From: Octopus bimaculoides
Taxonomy: Eukaryota
Direction of reading: 5' to 3'
DNA length: 47,899 bases
Assembly (NCBI RefSeq): GCF_001194135.2
Contig: NC_068982.1
Location: 170,386,482 to 170,434,380, forward strand
Each line of letters opens with the position of its first letter. The first letter of the stretch is position 1. The notes under the pieces are model-generated. The model had not been told where the DNA came from. It did no database searches and saw only the letters and a program-made list of their open reading frames with translations. Made by a program: the position numbers and the translations under genes. This document shows positions 37,688 through 47,899 of the stretch, one piece after another.

Positions 37688-37905
37688 TGGGTGGCGAACC
37701 GGCAGAATCGTTAGCACGCCAGGCAAAATGCTTGGCGGTATTTCGTCCGTCTTTCACTTCTGTGTTCAAATTCCACCGAGTCGACATTGCTTTTCATCTT
37801 TTTGGGGTCGATAAAATAAGAACCAGTTGAGTACTGGGGTAGACGTAATCGACTTAACTCTCCTTCGAAACTGCTGGCCTTGTGCCAGAATTTGAAACCA
37901 ATATT
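37688..37905 (+). mobile_element. SINE family B, cluster copy 4 (opposite orientation)
   Basis: GGCAGAATCGTTAGCACGCC..GTGTTCAAATTCC (B-box-like)..GGGGTCGATAAAATAAGAACCAGTTG..GGCCTTGTGCCAGAATTTGAAACCAAT. Confidence 0.9.
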
Positions 37906-38848
37906 ATAAATTACTATAGCCGCTTCGCCACTATCGCCGCCACCATCAACACTACCATCACTAGCAAAGACAACAACAAGAGCTGCAGTAATAAAACCAC
38001 CGTCGAACATCTTCACACGCTAGAGATAATAACGAATCTCCCTCAAATCACTGTCGCTATCTTTATAATAAGGACATAACGCTTTAAATATAGCGTTTAT
38101 GGTATATACCAATAAAAGACTAGATAGTCCCAATTGGAATGTTATTTAATATGCCTGTTACCAAAAGGTTCAGTATCCTTAGGTAAAACAATAATAGCGA
38201 GAACAAAATCTATATCGAACCTTGAAAGAAACAATAAGAACGATCGAGACAAATGATTTTCATGGCATAAAAGGTGAATGAAACAAAAGCAAAAGAAAAT
38301 GCTAACCACGCAAACAACTCACAAACAAACGAAAGAAATGATATAAAATAACCATATAAAGTACAAAAACGTTAGAAAACAAGAAGTGAACTAAAGAGGA
38401 GGTAAAAACTCCTCAGTCAGTTCAACAATGTTTTCCCTAGAGTTATAAGACAGTATGGTGCAAATGGTAAAGATGTCATTAAAATCGAACATTATTATGA
38501 AAATATGATATCTATGATCAATATCGACATCGACTCTCTGCTTCCTAATTGAAAGAAGCGAATTTAAAAGAAGGAATGAAGAAACGAAATAGTAGCTGAA
38601 AGAATAATGAATGCAGACAGGAACGAAGTGTAAAAGAACCTTATTAAAGTATGCGAGAAAAATATTATGAAATGCTACAAATACGTAAGTATTAAAATTT
38701 AGGATCGACAGAATGAAGTAAAAGATGATTTTAAGGAAGACAGTAAGGAAATTTGAAAAAATAATTATATCTTTTAGACAAAAAGAAATGCCAAGCCTGT
38801 GATCATTCAAACCATCCAACTTCGTATATATACGTATTTATGTATATC

Positions 38849-39170
38849 TGTGGAGGCTCAACGGCTCAGTGGTTAGGGTAGCGGACTCACGGTCGTGGGA
38901 TCGCAGTTTCGATTGCCAGACCGGGCGATGCGAGTGCTTATTGAGCAAAAACATCTAAGACTCCACAAAGTTCCGGCAGAGGGTGGTGGCGATCCCTGCT
39001 GTACTATTTTACCACGACTTTCTCTCACTCTTTCTTCTTGTTTCTGTTGTACCTGTATTTGAAAGGGCCAACCTTGTCACACACTGTTACTCTGAGTCTC
39101 CCTGAGAACTACGTTAAGTGTACACGTGTCTGTGGAGCGCTCAGCTACTTACACATTAATTTCAGTGCCA
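38849..39170 (+). mobile_element. tRNA-derived SINE family C
   Basis: A-box-like CGGCTCAGTGGTTAGG and B-box-like GTTTCGATTGCC in a tRNA-like head, followed by a ~240-bp body. Not a complete cloverleaf tRNA. Confidence 0.8.
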
Positions 39171-39219
39171 CGGTATGTATATATATGTAAAAGTGTATGC
39201 ATTTATATGTATGTATGAA

Positions 39220-39250
39220 TACGAGTGGGTACTGAAAAGTTCCTGGCTTT
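39220..39250 (+). mobile_element. Isolated Tc1/mariner-like terminal inverted repeat
   Basis: TA followed by CGAGTGGGTACTGAAAAGTTCC resembles mariner TIR starts (TA-CGAGGG..AAAAGT). No partner end was found in the window. Confidence 0.45.
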
Positions 39251-39772
39251 AAAGGTATCGCGAAAGACATGGTCAGCCAGTACCATCCAACTATCACACA
39301 AAGCAGCTCGACAAACGCGCTTTGGTGGTACACACCATGTGTATGTGAGCCGCTAATAAATTCAAGCCACGACGTACAGAGAAGATGAACATGAAGTAGA
39401 TAATTTTAAACTAACATAGACAAAACTCGTATGTCGCCTGAGGAAACACAACTAGAACTCATTATGTCATCAAACAGTTGCATAATCAAGTACCTGTATT
39501 CATGCTGAACTACGTGCGTCGAAACAATTGTAATGAAAAATAAATAAATGACTAAATGTACTCCTTCCTGACTCTGGTTTCTTCAATTTTATATTTACAC
39601 ACGACGAATGCCTAAATTTAAACTTGGAAGTATTTAATAATACTACTATCGATAGTATTGGGTAATTCTGAAGGTGGACGAGCTTTACACTGCTCTACCA
39701 TGTTTCTAACAATAACACATATGTACATATATGGGTCGACAAGACCTGATTATCCGATGTTATTATACTCTT

Positions 39773-39820
39773 CTAAGCGGTGCTCCAGCATGGCCGCAAT
39801 CCTATGATTAAAACTTTTAA
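39773..39820 (+). mobile_element. SINE family A, 3' tail fragment
   Basis: CTAAGCGGTGCTCCAGCATGGCCGCA matches the 3' end of the other family A copies. Confidence 0.6.
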
Positions 39821-40609
39821 AAGAATGGAAAAAAGAAATCCTGCACACAGTAACACACACAGACACGCACAAATTCTGATTTCACTATTTCTCATTTTAC
39901 CTATTCTTTGTTTTGTTTCGCTAAAATCTGTTAACAAGTGAGTATGGTTTACAGCATATCTTTTTCTTTGATAATGAAGTATAATCACTGATGAAGTATT
40001 AAGTATTGTCTCCAAATAATCATGTCAACCGATACAGGAGTTGATATTCTTCCTAAACAGCCATTTAATCCCTTCATTATTTGCTGGTCCTTTAAACGAC
40101 TAAAAGCAGGAGGGACGTACAATTGCGCTGACATTTAAAACACTATATTAGCTCAGCAAAGAGTTCCGCTATGATAGACAAGTAGGAAGACAGTTGGTAA
40201 TTATGGAGGCAAGATACGTTCCGATGCTATGCTGGATGTCAAAACTACAGAAGAAATTATCCTATTCTGCTTGTCAACTTGCGGAGTTAAGCTATGGCAT
40301 TTGATGGGACACAGCTACTAGAAAAACATACAATCGAAAGAAAGAAATAATAAAATGCTTTCTCAGATAAGTAAATAAGCATAAATAATTTTCACCCGGT
40401 GAATAAACGAAACCTAGCTATTAAGTTTGGCGACTAGAGACATGCTATGATGGTGAGCATCGTGTATTGCAAATAAACTCCACAAGAGATACGACCATCA
40501 CCCGCTTTCAACCTACTATTGAAACGATTTCTCTCCACTTTTGCAAGCATCATAGTAATTTTATTTTGTCTACGTGTTTGTTTGTTCAACAGTAAATAAT
40601 AACTTTCAG

Positions 40610-40715
40610 GATGTTGGAATTCTCCTTGCGTAAATTAATTTGGCATAAAGAACGTGCAAAAGAACTTCGCAAAACAGTTCAAGAGATTCGTTTGATTTTA
40701 CAGCACTTACAATGA
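40610..40715 (+). other. Candidate terminal coding exon, unassigned
   Basis: AACTTTCAG|G followed by MLEFSLRKLIWHKERAKELRKTVQEIRLILQHLQ*. The composition is helix-like but no family is recognised. Confidence 0.2.
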
Positions 40716-40984
40716 TTATGTAATACTTCAAACGATTTTCAAATATGACGTAGAGCCCAAAATAGATAGTGTAGAAAGAATGTGTTTTAAGAAATAATCC
40801 CTCTTCTTGTGTAAACGTTTGTTTTTTTTCTAGCATCTCTCCTGGATTTTCAGTGACACATAAAGACACACGCGCACGCACGCACGCACACACAAATGCA
40901 CAAATGTACAAACACACAGGCACATATAGTTATAATGTTTAATAAGGTATATCTATAGATTTGTAAGTCAACATTGTCTAACGA

Positions 40985-41277
40985 CATTTATAAGGACCTT
41001 CCTATTTATAGATATATCAATACTAACAAAAATGTACCTGCCAAGGAATACAATAAAGTTGCCCGGTATAAAAACCTTGAAATTGAAATAAGCAGGGCAT
41101 GCCACTTAATTATTTCAAAGACGAGAACATTAGTAGTTGTGACTGAAGTACAACGGGTCATAAAAACAGTCAGTTATTTTCTTGACTACATCCCCGGAAA
41201 AGCCTAATGCATACTAAGTTCAAAACATAGTACTAAATCATGTGGCTCACATTCTCCGTAAATTCTTGCTCTTGTAA
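40985..41277 (+). mobile_element. R4/Dong-type restriction-like endonuclease C-terminal remnant
   Basis: FIDIS..KNVPAKEYNKVARYKNLEIEISR..IPGK..VQNIVLNHVAHILRKFL*, homologous to the 20455-20690 segment. Confidence 0.75.
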
Positions 41278-41424
41278 TCTATATTTTCAAAATCTTTAGT
41301 ATTTTTTCATATGTATCTTATAAAATCGAACAAGATCAGATGTGGTGAACAATAAGTTTACTCTATAACACCTTACCTACGTGAATGGTAATCGCTCGGC
41401 AGGTACTAGTTATGTAATCAATAT

Positions 41425-41995
41425 CAAAGGAAACTGGAGACTGTGTGAAAAATATTGCTTGGGCACAACACGGGAATGATCCAAACATGAAACAGAGGGC
41501 GTCACTGACAACAATGAATGTAAGATCTTGTGGGATTTTACAATTCAATGTGACTCCTTAATCGATACTCAGACAACAGACATTGTTGTTGTGGATAAAA
41601 CAAAACAGGAAAGTAAGATCATAGATATTGCCATACCTGGGGATGCACGCGTAGATAAAAAAAAGAAAAACTGGAAAAAGTGGAGAAATACAGACTACTG
41701 AAACAAGAAATTGCAAGAGTGTGGGCAATGAGGAGAGTAACTGATATCCTAGTAGTTGTAGGGTCACTCGGATCACTAACAACCAGGTTCGAGAAATACT
41801 TCGGAGAAATTAGAATTGATACGAGTGCATAGCAGACCCCCTCAAAATTGCTCTTTTGGAGACAGCTAGGATTTTGAGATTGGTGATTGAGTATTGAGTG
41901 TCTTCTACAATAAGTTAAGGTCCAGGTACCAAAGCTTATAATTTGCGGAAAGAGACCCTGCGAGATCTCTGACAACAATCGTAAAGCTCGTATGA
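41425..41995 (+). mobile_element. Second R4/Dong-type endonuclease remnant (different subfamily) with 3' UTR
   Basis: WRLCEKY, KILWDFTIQCD, DIVVVDK, IIDIAIPGDARVD, KVEKYRLLKQEIARVW, VVVGSLG and IALLETARILR. Confidence 0.85.
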
Positions 41996-42059
41996 CAAAT
42001 CATCCTATATAAAGGATTTATTCCCGGAGCAACTACTTTTCATTTCCCCTATTTTCATA

Positions 42060-43330
42060 TCTGTTATTTATTTATTTTAATTTTTATTTTTTGCAATACT
42101 CTATCTCCATTGCCGAGAGTCGCAGTTGGATGACGAGGTAGACATTGGGAATCTCTTCTGCGAGACGACCCTCTATTTGTCCTGAACAGCCGAGCACTGT
42201 TACTAATGTTTCGGCGTTACTTACGAATAATGGCTGTTCTTGCTGTTTCCTGCTGCTCATGGCGTTTCTCCATCCTTTCATAATTGCTATTCTCTCGCGC
42301 TTTTATTCTATTGTGTCAGTGATGGCTGAAACGATACTATCTAGAGGCTTGTTTACATCAGTTAAGGTCATCAGTATTTTTCATCATTCATTCGATAGTC
42401 CCCATAGCTTCGTACAATTTTGGGGGCTGGTGTTTTTCATAAATCTTTGATATTATTCAACAGTTTTCAAAGGTATTTCATCCAGGATTTCCTATTTCTG
42501 CCGGATGTTTGCTATCATTAATACTTAGTTTTCAGTGTTGTATTTCATTTCTTCTGAACTATATTTGCCCGTGACTCTGCTTCTGGATGCTGTCTTTGCC
42601 AGCTGTTGGTGCCTTGACTGGCCTGTTAATGTTTAACTCCTCAAAGCTATTCTTGGGGATGCTATCTCTTATATTTTTCGGATGTTCTCTACTTCAAAGC
42701 GAATAAGTTTTCACTGAGAATGAGCACCGTGTTGAATATTTGAACAGTAAGTTAGAGGCCAGGCGCAGTCTATTCATGGGATGGTTTTTCATGCCACATG
42801 TTTTTGACAGGTCTAAATGTTGCTATTACGGTCAGGTTCAGTGAAAGAACATAGAGTGCTTCAATGACATCTTTATCCCTTTAGCATTCATATTATTCTG
42901 TCTAATGTATTATTTATTTATTATCATTGTTTTCAATTAATCATGTATTGTCTGATAGCTTTGCTATTTTTAGAATGATATTGTAGGATAGGTATGAGGG
43001 GCCACATCTGGCAAATTTGAACATAAAGCAGGTAGAATATTTTGGCCGGATATGGCCGGTTTAAATGCTAACGGGTTATAGATTTCACTGAGTGCTTTCT
43101 GTCTTGTTCCTTTTGTTGTATTGTCAGGTGTTGTATACTGTAGGCCATTATCAAATGTACCCTCGACTTGTATTTTCTCTTGTACGTGGTGTGTAGTAAT
43201 TGTTTGAGGAGTAAACTTTTCGAGCACTGCCTGATTCCTCACCATCGCCGTTCTTGTTAGCTCATTTCACACTGATGGAATATGGTAATTTACTTGTATC
43301 TGGTTGTCAGAACCCATTCTCTTATTTTCA
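42060..43330 (-). mobile_element. Decayed N-terminal part of an R4/Dong-type ORF, split by a MITE
   Basis: RQKALSEIY|KDVIEALY is restored across the MITE. EVENIRKNI and MKNTDDL.DVNKPLDSIVSAITDTI follow. The family assignment rests on my recollection of Dong N-termini. Confidence 0.5.
42877..43075. mobile_element. 199-bp piggyBac-type MITE with TTAT target-site duplication
   Basis: Termini CCCTTTAGCATT and AATGCTAACGGG form 11/12 inverted matches. TTAT is present at 42873-42876 and 43076-43079. Confidence 0.85.
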
Positions 43331-43528
43331 TGGTGTGATGGCTAAACATGCTTTGAAATGGCATAGAATGTGTCAAATTTGTCATTAATAATTTCGGGGT
43401 CATTAAAAAATATAAGACAAGTAGTAAGATCAGCGGTAACGACTAATCTTCCATCAAAATTACTGAATCTGTGCCTAACAAAATCTTTAAAATGCCGGAC
43501 AAAATATTTGTCGCACACACTTTTGAAT

Positions 43529-43941
43529 TTCACTCGTATAGCTCTACTTAAAACTAACGGATACATATTCAAGCTTATACATATCAAACTAACACAAAAG
43601 TTCGCAATACTCGAACATCCTTCACTTTCGAAATTATCTTTTCTCCATCACATAGAGAAAAGAGAATCCACCTAAATTATTGACTTGCAAAACGAAAAGA
43701 CACATAACAAACAGAATAAAATCACTTTACAGCAACTACTATCACCATGACTTTTCACTCGTATATCTCTGTTTAAAATTAACGGTTATATACACAAGAT
43801 TATACGTTTTAAACTATCACATAATTTTGCAAAACTCAAATACCCTTCACTTTCAAAATTATTAATAGGCAAAAAGAGAATCTACTAAAATTATTGAATA
43901 GCAAATCGAACGAAAGAAGACAGCAACTACTAACACCATGA
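43529..43941 (+). repeat. Diverged tandem duplication (225-bp offset) with coding-like conservation, possibly Penelope N-terminal
   Basis: 43529-43750 and 43754-43941 both translate FTRI..NGYI.K..KL..F..L..PSLSKL and both end CAGCAACTACTA(T/A)CACCATGA. Confidence 0.75.
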
Positions 43942-44713
43942 GCAAAACATCCCAAAATAAATTTTACTGGACAGAGTGAAATAGTTATTCCATTCAACAA
44001 CTGGCTTGACCTTTCACAAAAAGCCATCACACAAGCGTCATGCCTCAGTGACGATGCTTATAAAATTGCCCCACTTTTTGACAATCGAACAGCAAAACAA
44101 GTGGAATTTATATTAAAACATATTTCGAAATCCTACCACCTCGTTAAGGAGAATCTTATAATACTCCACTAAATATTCTCCGATTCTACTAAACGAAAAC
44201 AAACTACAGCTACTGACCTGTAAACTGTCCAAACTACAAATGCCCACTTACCAAAATCTGCCGACTCCATGACAACCAATTCCTCATACCCATCACCATT
44301 AACATCACTACCATCACCAGAAACACCACTGCTATCACCATCATCATCATCACAAGTAACATCACTGCCATCGCCATCATCACCACCATCAGCAGCACCA
44401 CCTCCATTATTATCGATGCCAGCGCCGTCATCGTCGCCATCGTCATCACCAACTACTACTACTGTCTCCACCACCACAACGCTTACCAATCGTTCACCGT
44501 TACAACCCAGCAATAGGATGACTAACATCTCGGCCCAACCAAATTCCCCAGGAACAACCCTTACCACATCATACTCAGAATCATTCACCTCTAAATCTTC
44601 AGTAAACAAACAATTTCCACATATTCTACCCCCGAATTCAAATATTTGCTGCTATTCTCTTCATTCGAGAATATGTTTGCAACAAAGCTGCCCCTTTTTT
44701 ACACACCTATAGG

Positions 44714-45420
44714 GAACTAGACATTCCATTAGTAAATATAGTAGTGCTGAGAAAAGTGGTAATATTGTGAGTGCAACTTGCAGCTCCTCTTGCAAATCTC
44801 TGGAGGAAGTCACTAGATGCCGGTTCTATCTCTCAAAACCTTCTCTCCCAGTCAGTCGTTCCTATCTTTTAAGAAAAGGGAATAAATCTCTCCCAGTAAA
44901 CTACTGTCCATTCTCACTCATCTCACATATCAAAATATTTGAGAGAGTGTTGAGATCAAGAATAACAGTCTTCCTAGAGCAAAATCATCCAAATTGCAAC
45001 CAGCATGGTTTTCATTGTGGAAGGGACTGTCTAACACAGCTCCTCCACCACTTTGATGACATCTTAAATGCACTAAGTGAGGGTTCCAACACCGATGTTA
45101 TATACCTTGATTTCAGCAAGGCCTTTGACAGAGTCGACCAGAATAAACTCTTATGGAAACTATCTAACGCTGGAGTCGGTAAAAAGCTACTTCAATGGAT
45201 TAAATATTTCCTAACAAACAAGACCCAGCATGCTGTGGTTGCTGGCACCCACTCAAGACCACCAAAAGTCATCAGCTGAGACTCGCAAGGTACTGTGCTG
45301 CATCCACTTCTTTTTATTGTCTATGTCAATGACGTTGCAGATTCCATTGAACATAACACAATTAAAATATTTGCAGATGACTAAGCTTCAGAAAGTCATT
45401 AAGACCAGTCATGTACTGAG
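44714..45420 (+). mobile_element. CR1/L2-group LINE reverse transcriptase fragment
   Basis: NYCPFSLISHIKIFERVL, NQHGFHCGRDCLTQLL, DVIYLDFSKAFDRVD, SQGTVLHPLLFIVYVND and KIFADD, with frameshifts and both ends truncated. Confidence 0.92.
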
Positions 45421-46164
45421 GTAGATGTAATGACTAATCCACTTCCTACTAAAATTTCTGGTTGTATGCCAAAATTTGAAACATTATTATTATTATTATT
45501 GCTATCATCATAGACATAAAACTGATGACGATGATAATGACAATGATGTCGATGAACACCATCAGCAACAGCCGAAGAAACGTCTTCGTTACGACGACGG
45601 CACCGACTAACGCCATTATAGTTCTCTACGGTGACTGTAATGCGATTTTTGAAGTTAAAATGTCATGTCATTCCCCTTTTACCTGAAACGTCAGTTAAAT
45701 ATATGATACAGAAATGAAACAACTATAAGAAATGAAGAGAAATGAATAATTAAAAACAAATATCAATAATAACACCATAAAACACAAAAAACCTCCCAAA
45801 AAAAGCACAATGAAAATGAGAGAATAAAACAAAAAAACAAATAAATAACTGCAGAGAAAATGAAATGAGAGCAATGAGGTTTTTGCTTTGAAGGTTATTT
45901 AAGAAGAGGGAGATAAGAAATTTCTTCAATTTGTCGTAATTGAATTTGAACATCAAACGCTACCATTCACTTGTTAATCATGTTTCATGAGTCACCAATA
46001 TGTTTCAACGTAATATCACTTTTTAAAAGCTAATATTACATTCCGCTTTTAGGGTTGTTAATATAAGAAGCAGTGTCCATTGATACACATATATGTACAT
46101 GCGTAACAGCATATGTATTGTTCTACATTCAAATAATGGTGTTTGTCTTTTACTTGATTTAACC

Positions 46165-46402
46165 AAGACATTGCAGCTATACTGGTTACCGACTTGAAAT
46201 AAAATTAGTGGAAGGAATTGACTTCAGCACTTATTTTTAAAGCCTGGCCATCATCGGTCACTCTCTGAACACCCGCTAACGTACAGGGACGTAAGCACAC
46301 GAACGTAGATATTTAAACTGTGACTGGGAGTTAAACATAAAGAGAGCGAGGAAGAGCCATCCACAAAGATATATACAAACATACACACATATACAGACAC
46401 AG

Positions 46403-46435
<33 letters not shown>

Positions 46436-46440
46436 TGTGT
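46165..46440 (-). mobile_element. Old, diverged SINE family A copy
   Basis: ATCGGTCACTCTCTGAACACCCGCTAACGTACAGGGACGTAAGCACAC resembles the reverse complement of the body at 44-236. Confidence 0.55.
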
Positions 46441-46717
46441 ATGTAGAAACATCTATGTATCTACACACATATATATGTGTGTTTAAATATATATATACAT
46501 ACACACACACATATATAAATATGCTTATATATATATTTACAACACACATGTATATATACATGTATATATAAACTTAAATAAACTTGGATATGTTTCTCCT
46601 AACAATTCAAATATAATTAATTACACTGAAAATTTATATCAACATAATTACAGCAAACGGTTTTTTAGATCCAGTGCAGAGAAACATTTTCACACTTTGG
46701 AACAAAACATACAGGAG

Positions 46718-47085
46718 AAACCCAGAGTAATGAATTCATCAAAGAAAGCTCTCTCACCAACAAAGTTCTATATACTTCCAAAAGGTTTAAAATTTACCCC
46801 AAGCTCACGCAGAACGAATTAGAATGAAATTAAAGATAATATTATTGAATTTTGAAGAAAACTACGACTTACAGAAGCTTTAATTGCCTACAACAAAGAA
46901 GATGAATCACTGGTCAAAAACTAAAGCAATTATCTTCTACGTAAAGGCAGGAATAAAATACTAGATGACATCTGCGACCATATCCTCAATTTCCCGAAAA
47001 CTTTGCACAAGCGAATAGAAACCTCAACAATATAGAATGAAAAAATCTAATTGGACTGAAAAACAACTAAGAACTGGCAATCAAA
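46718..47085 (+). mobile_element. Penelope-like element, pre-RT remnant
   Basis: RVMNSSKKALSPTKFYILPKGLKFTP..NEIKDNIIEF*RKLRLTEA..DESLVKN*SNY..KGRNKILD matches the Penelope VxNLS..L..KGLxFxP..F.RxLRL pattern. Confidence 0.75.
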
Positions 47086-47095
47086 ATACATTTGT

Positions 47096-47266
47096 ATTTG
47101 TGTACCATTTCTCCGTTTTTTTTATTCCTTTCCGTCCTTGTTTTCGAATACATTCGCTGCTTTCTTCCAAGGAATATAACGCGCTTAGCTTAGATTTTCC
47201 TTGGGGCTAGCCAGATTGGAGCAATCTCGAGTATAACCAGCCGAAATTGCAAAGATAATCTGGAAC

Positions 47267-47268
<2 letters not shown>
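47096..47268. mobile_element. Palindromic MITE-like family: right arm and part of the spacer
   Basis: Same family as 35387-35622. It ends GCAAAGATAATCTGGAACTC directly against (TATC)n. Confidence 0.75.
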
Positions 47269-47320
<52 letters not shown>

Positions 47321-47321
47321 A

Positions 47322-47373
<52 letters not shown>

Positions 47374-47374
47374 C
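47269..47374. repeat. (CTAT)n microsatellite
   Basis: Read directly from the sequence. Confidence 0.95.
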
Positions 47375-47856
47375 TATGTCTGTATTATGAAATGGAAAGG
47401 GATTTGGCAGCATGCAACACACGAAAGAAGAATAGAAGGAATTCCTACTGACAATTTTGATTTAGACAGATATTGTGTCGAGACTCTCAAGTAATAATTT
47501 ATTTGTGTATGTGGAAACGTACGACAATTTGAAATAGAGAATGGAACGGCCATGACGTTATGCAAACAAGGGAGACAAATACTTTATGTATATTTAGGTA
47601 AAACAAACATCAGTACTATCATATCACATGACAGCCATACGTGTATTGACACAGACACATTAATGTGTTTTCCTTTACAAATACGAAACCTAATTCGGAG
47701 AAAATCTTCCTCCGATACACGCTCACGGATATATGCACATGCATATATACATTTCCCTACAAGATATGTGTATATATATATGCGTATGTGTATGCTTCAG
47801 TCATTTGTTTTGTGTGTGCGTGTCTCTCTGACTTTCTGTGTGTGTGTGTGTGTGTG

Positions 47857-47899
<43 letters not shown>

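Noticed and set aside
38849-38930. tRNA gene
   Set aside because: The acceptor stem and cloverleaf do not close, and the sequence continues into a SINE body.
39985-40020. CTGATGA boxes at 39989 and 45521
   Set aside because: There is no correctly spaced GAAA box or stem III.
44269-44712. 147-aa Ser/Pro/Thr-rich mucin-like ORF
   Set aside because: It is a decayed (CAT)/(CAC) repeat between retroelement relics, and the antisense frames are equally open.

Overview
AT-rich, microsatellite-saturated animal genomic DNA from a draft assembly with ten N-gaps. The SINE families and repeat texture resemble Octopus/coleoid cephalopod DNA (my recollection, not a database result). I cannot support any intact protein-coding gene: most of the long ORFs in the track are microsatellite or N-gap artefacts, and the rest are decayed retroelement frames. 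The window holds remnants of R4/Dong-type RT-RLE LINEs (five pieces), two CR1-like RT fragments, an RTE 3' end, Penelope-like remnants, three SINE families (including a cluster of four copies), a piggyBac-type MITE and a palindromic MITE family. The best observations are: (1) a minimal hammerhead ribozyme core with a GUC site and a palindromic stem III, inside a ~140-bp inverted repeat at 13958-14098, with further decayed hammerhead-like cores elsewhere; (2) a MITE with a non-canonical TTAT target duplication whose removal restores a LINE reading frame; (3) an inverted SINE cluster and several perfect hairpins. A few isolated plus-strand splice sites hint at an unrecognised spliced transcript, at low confidence.
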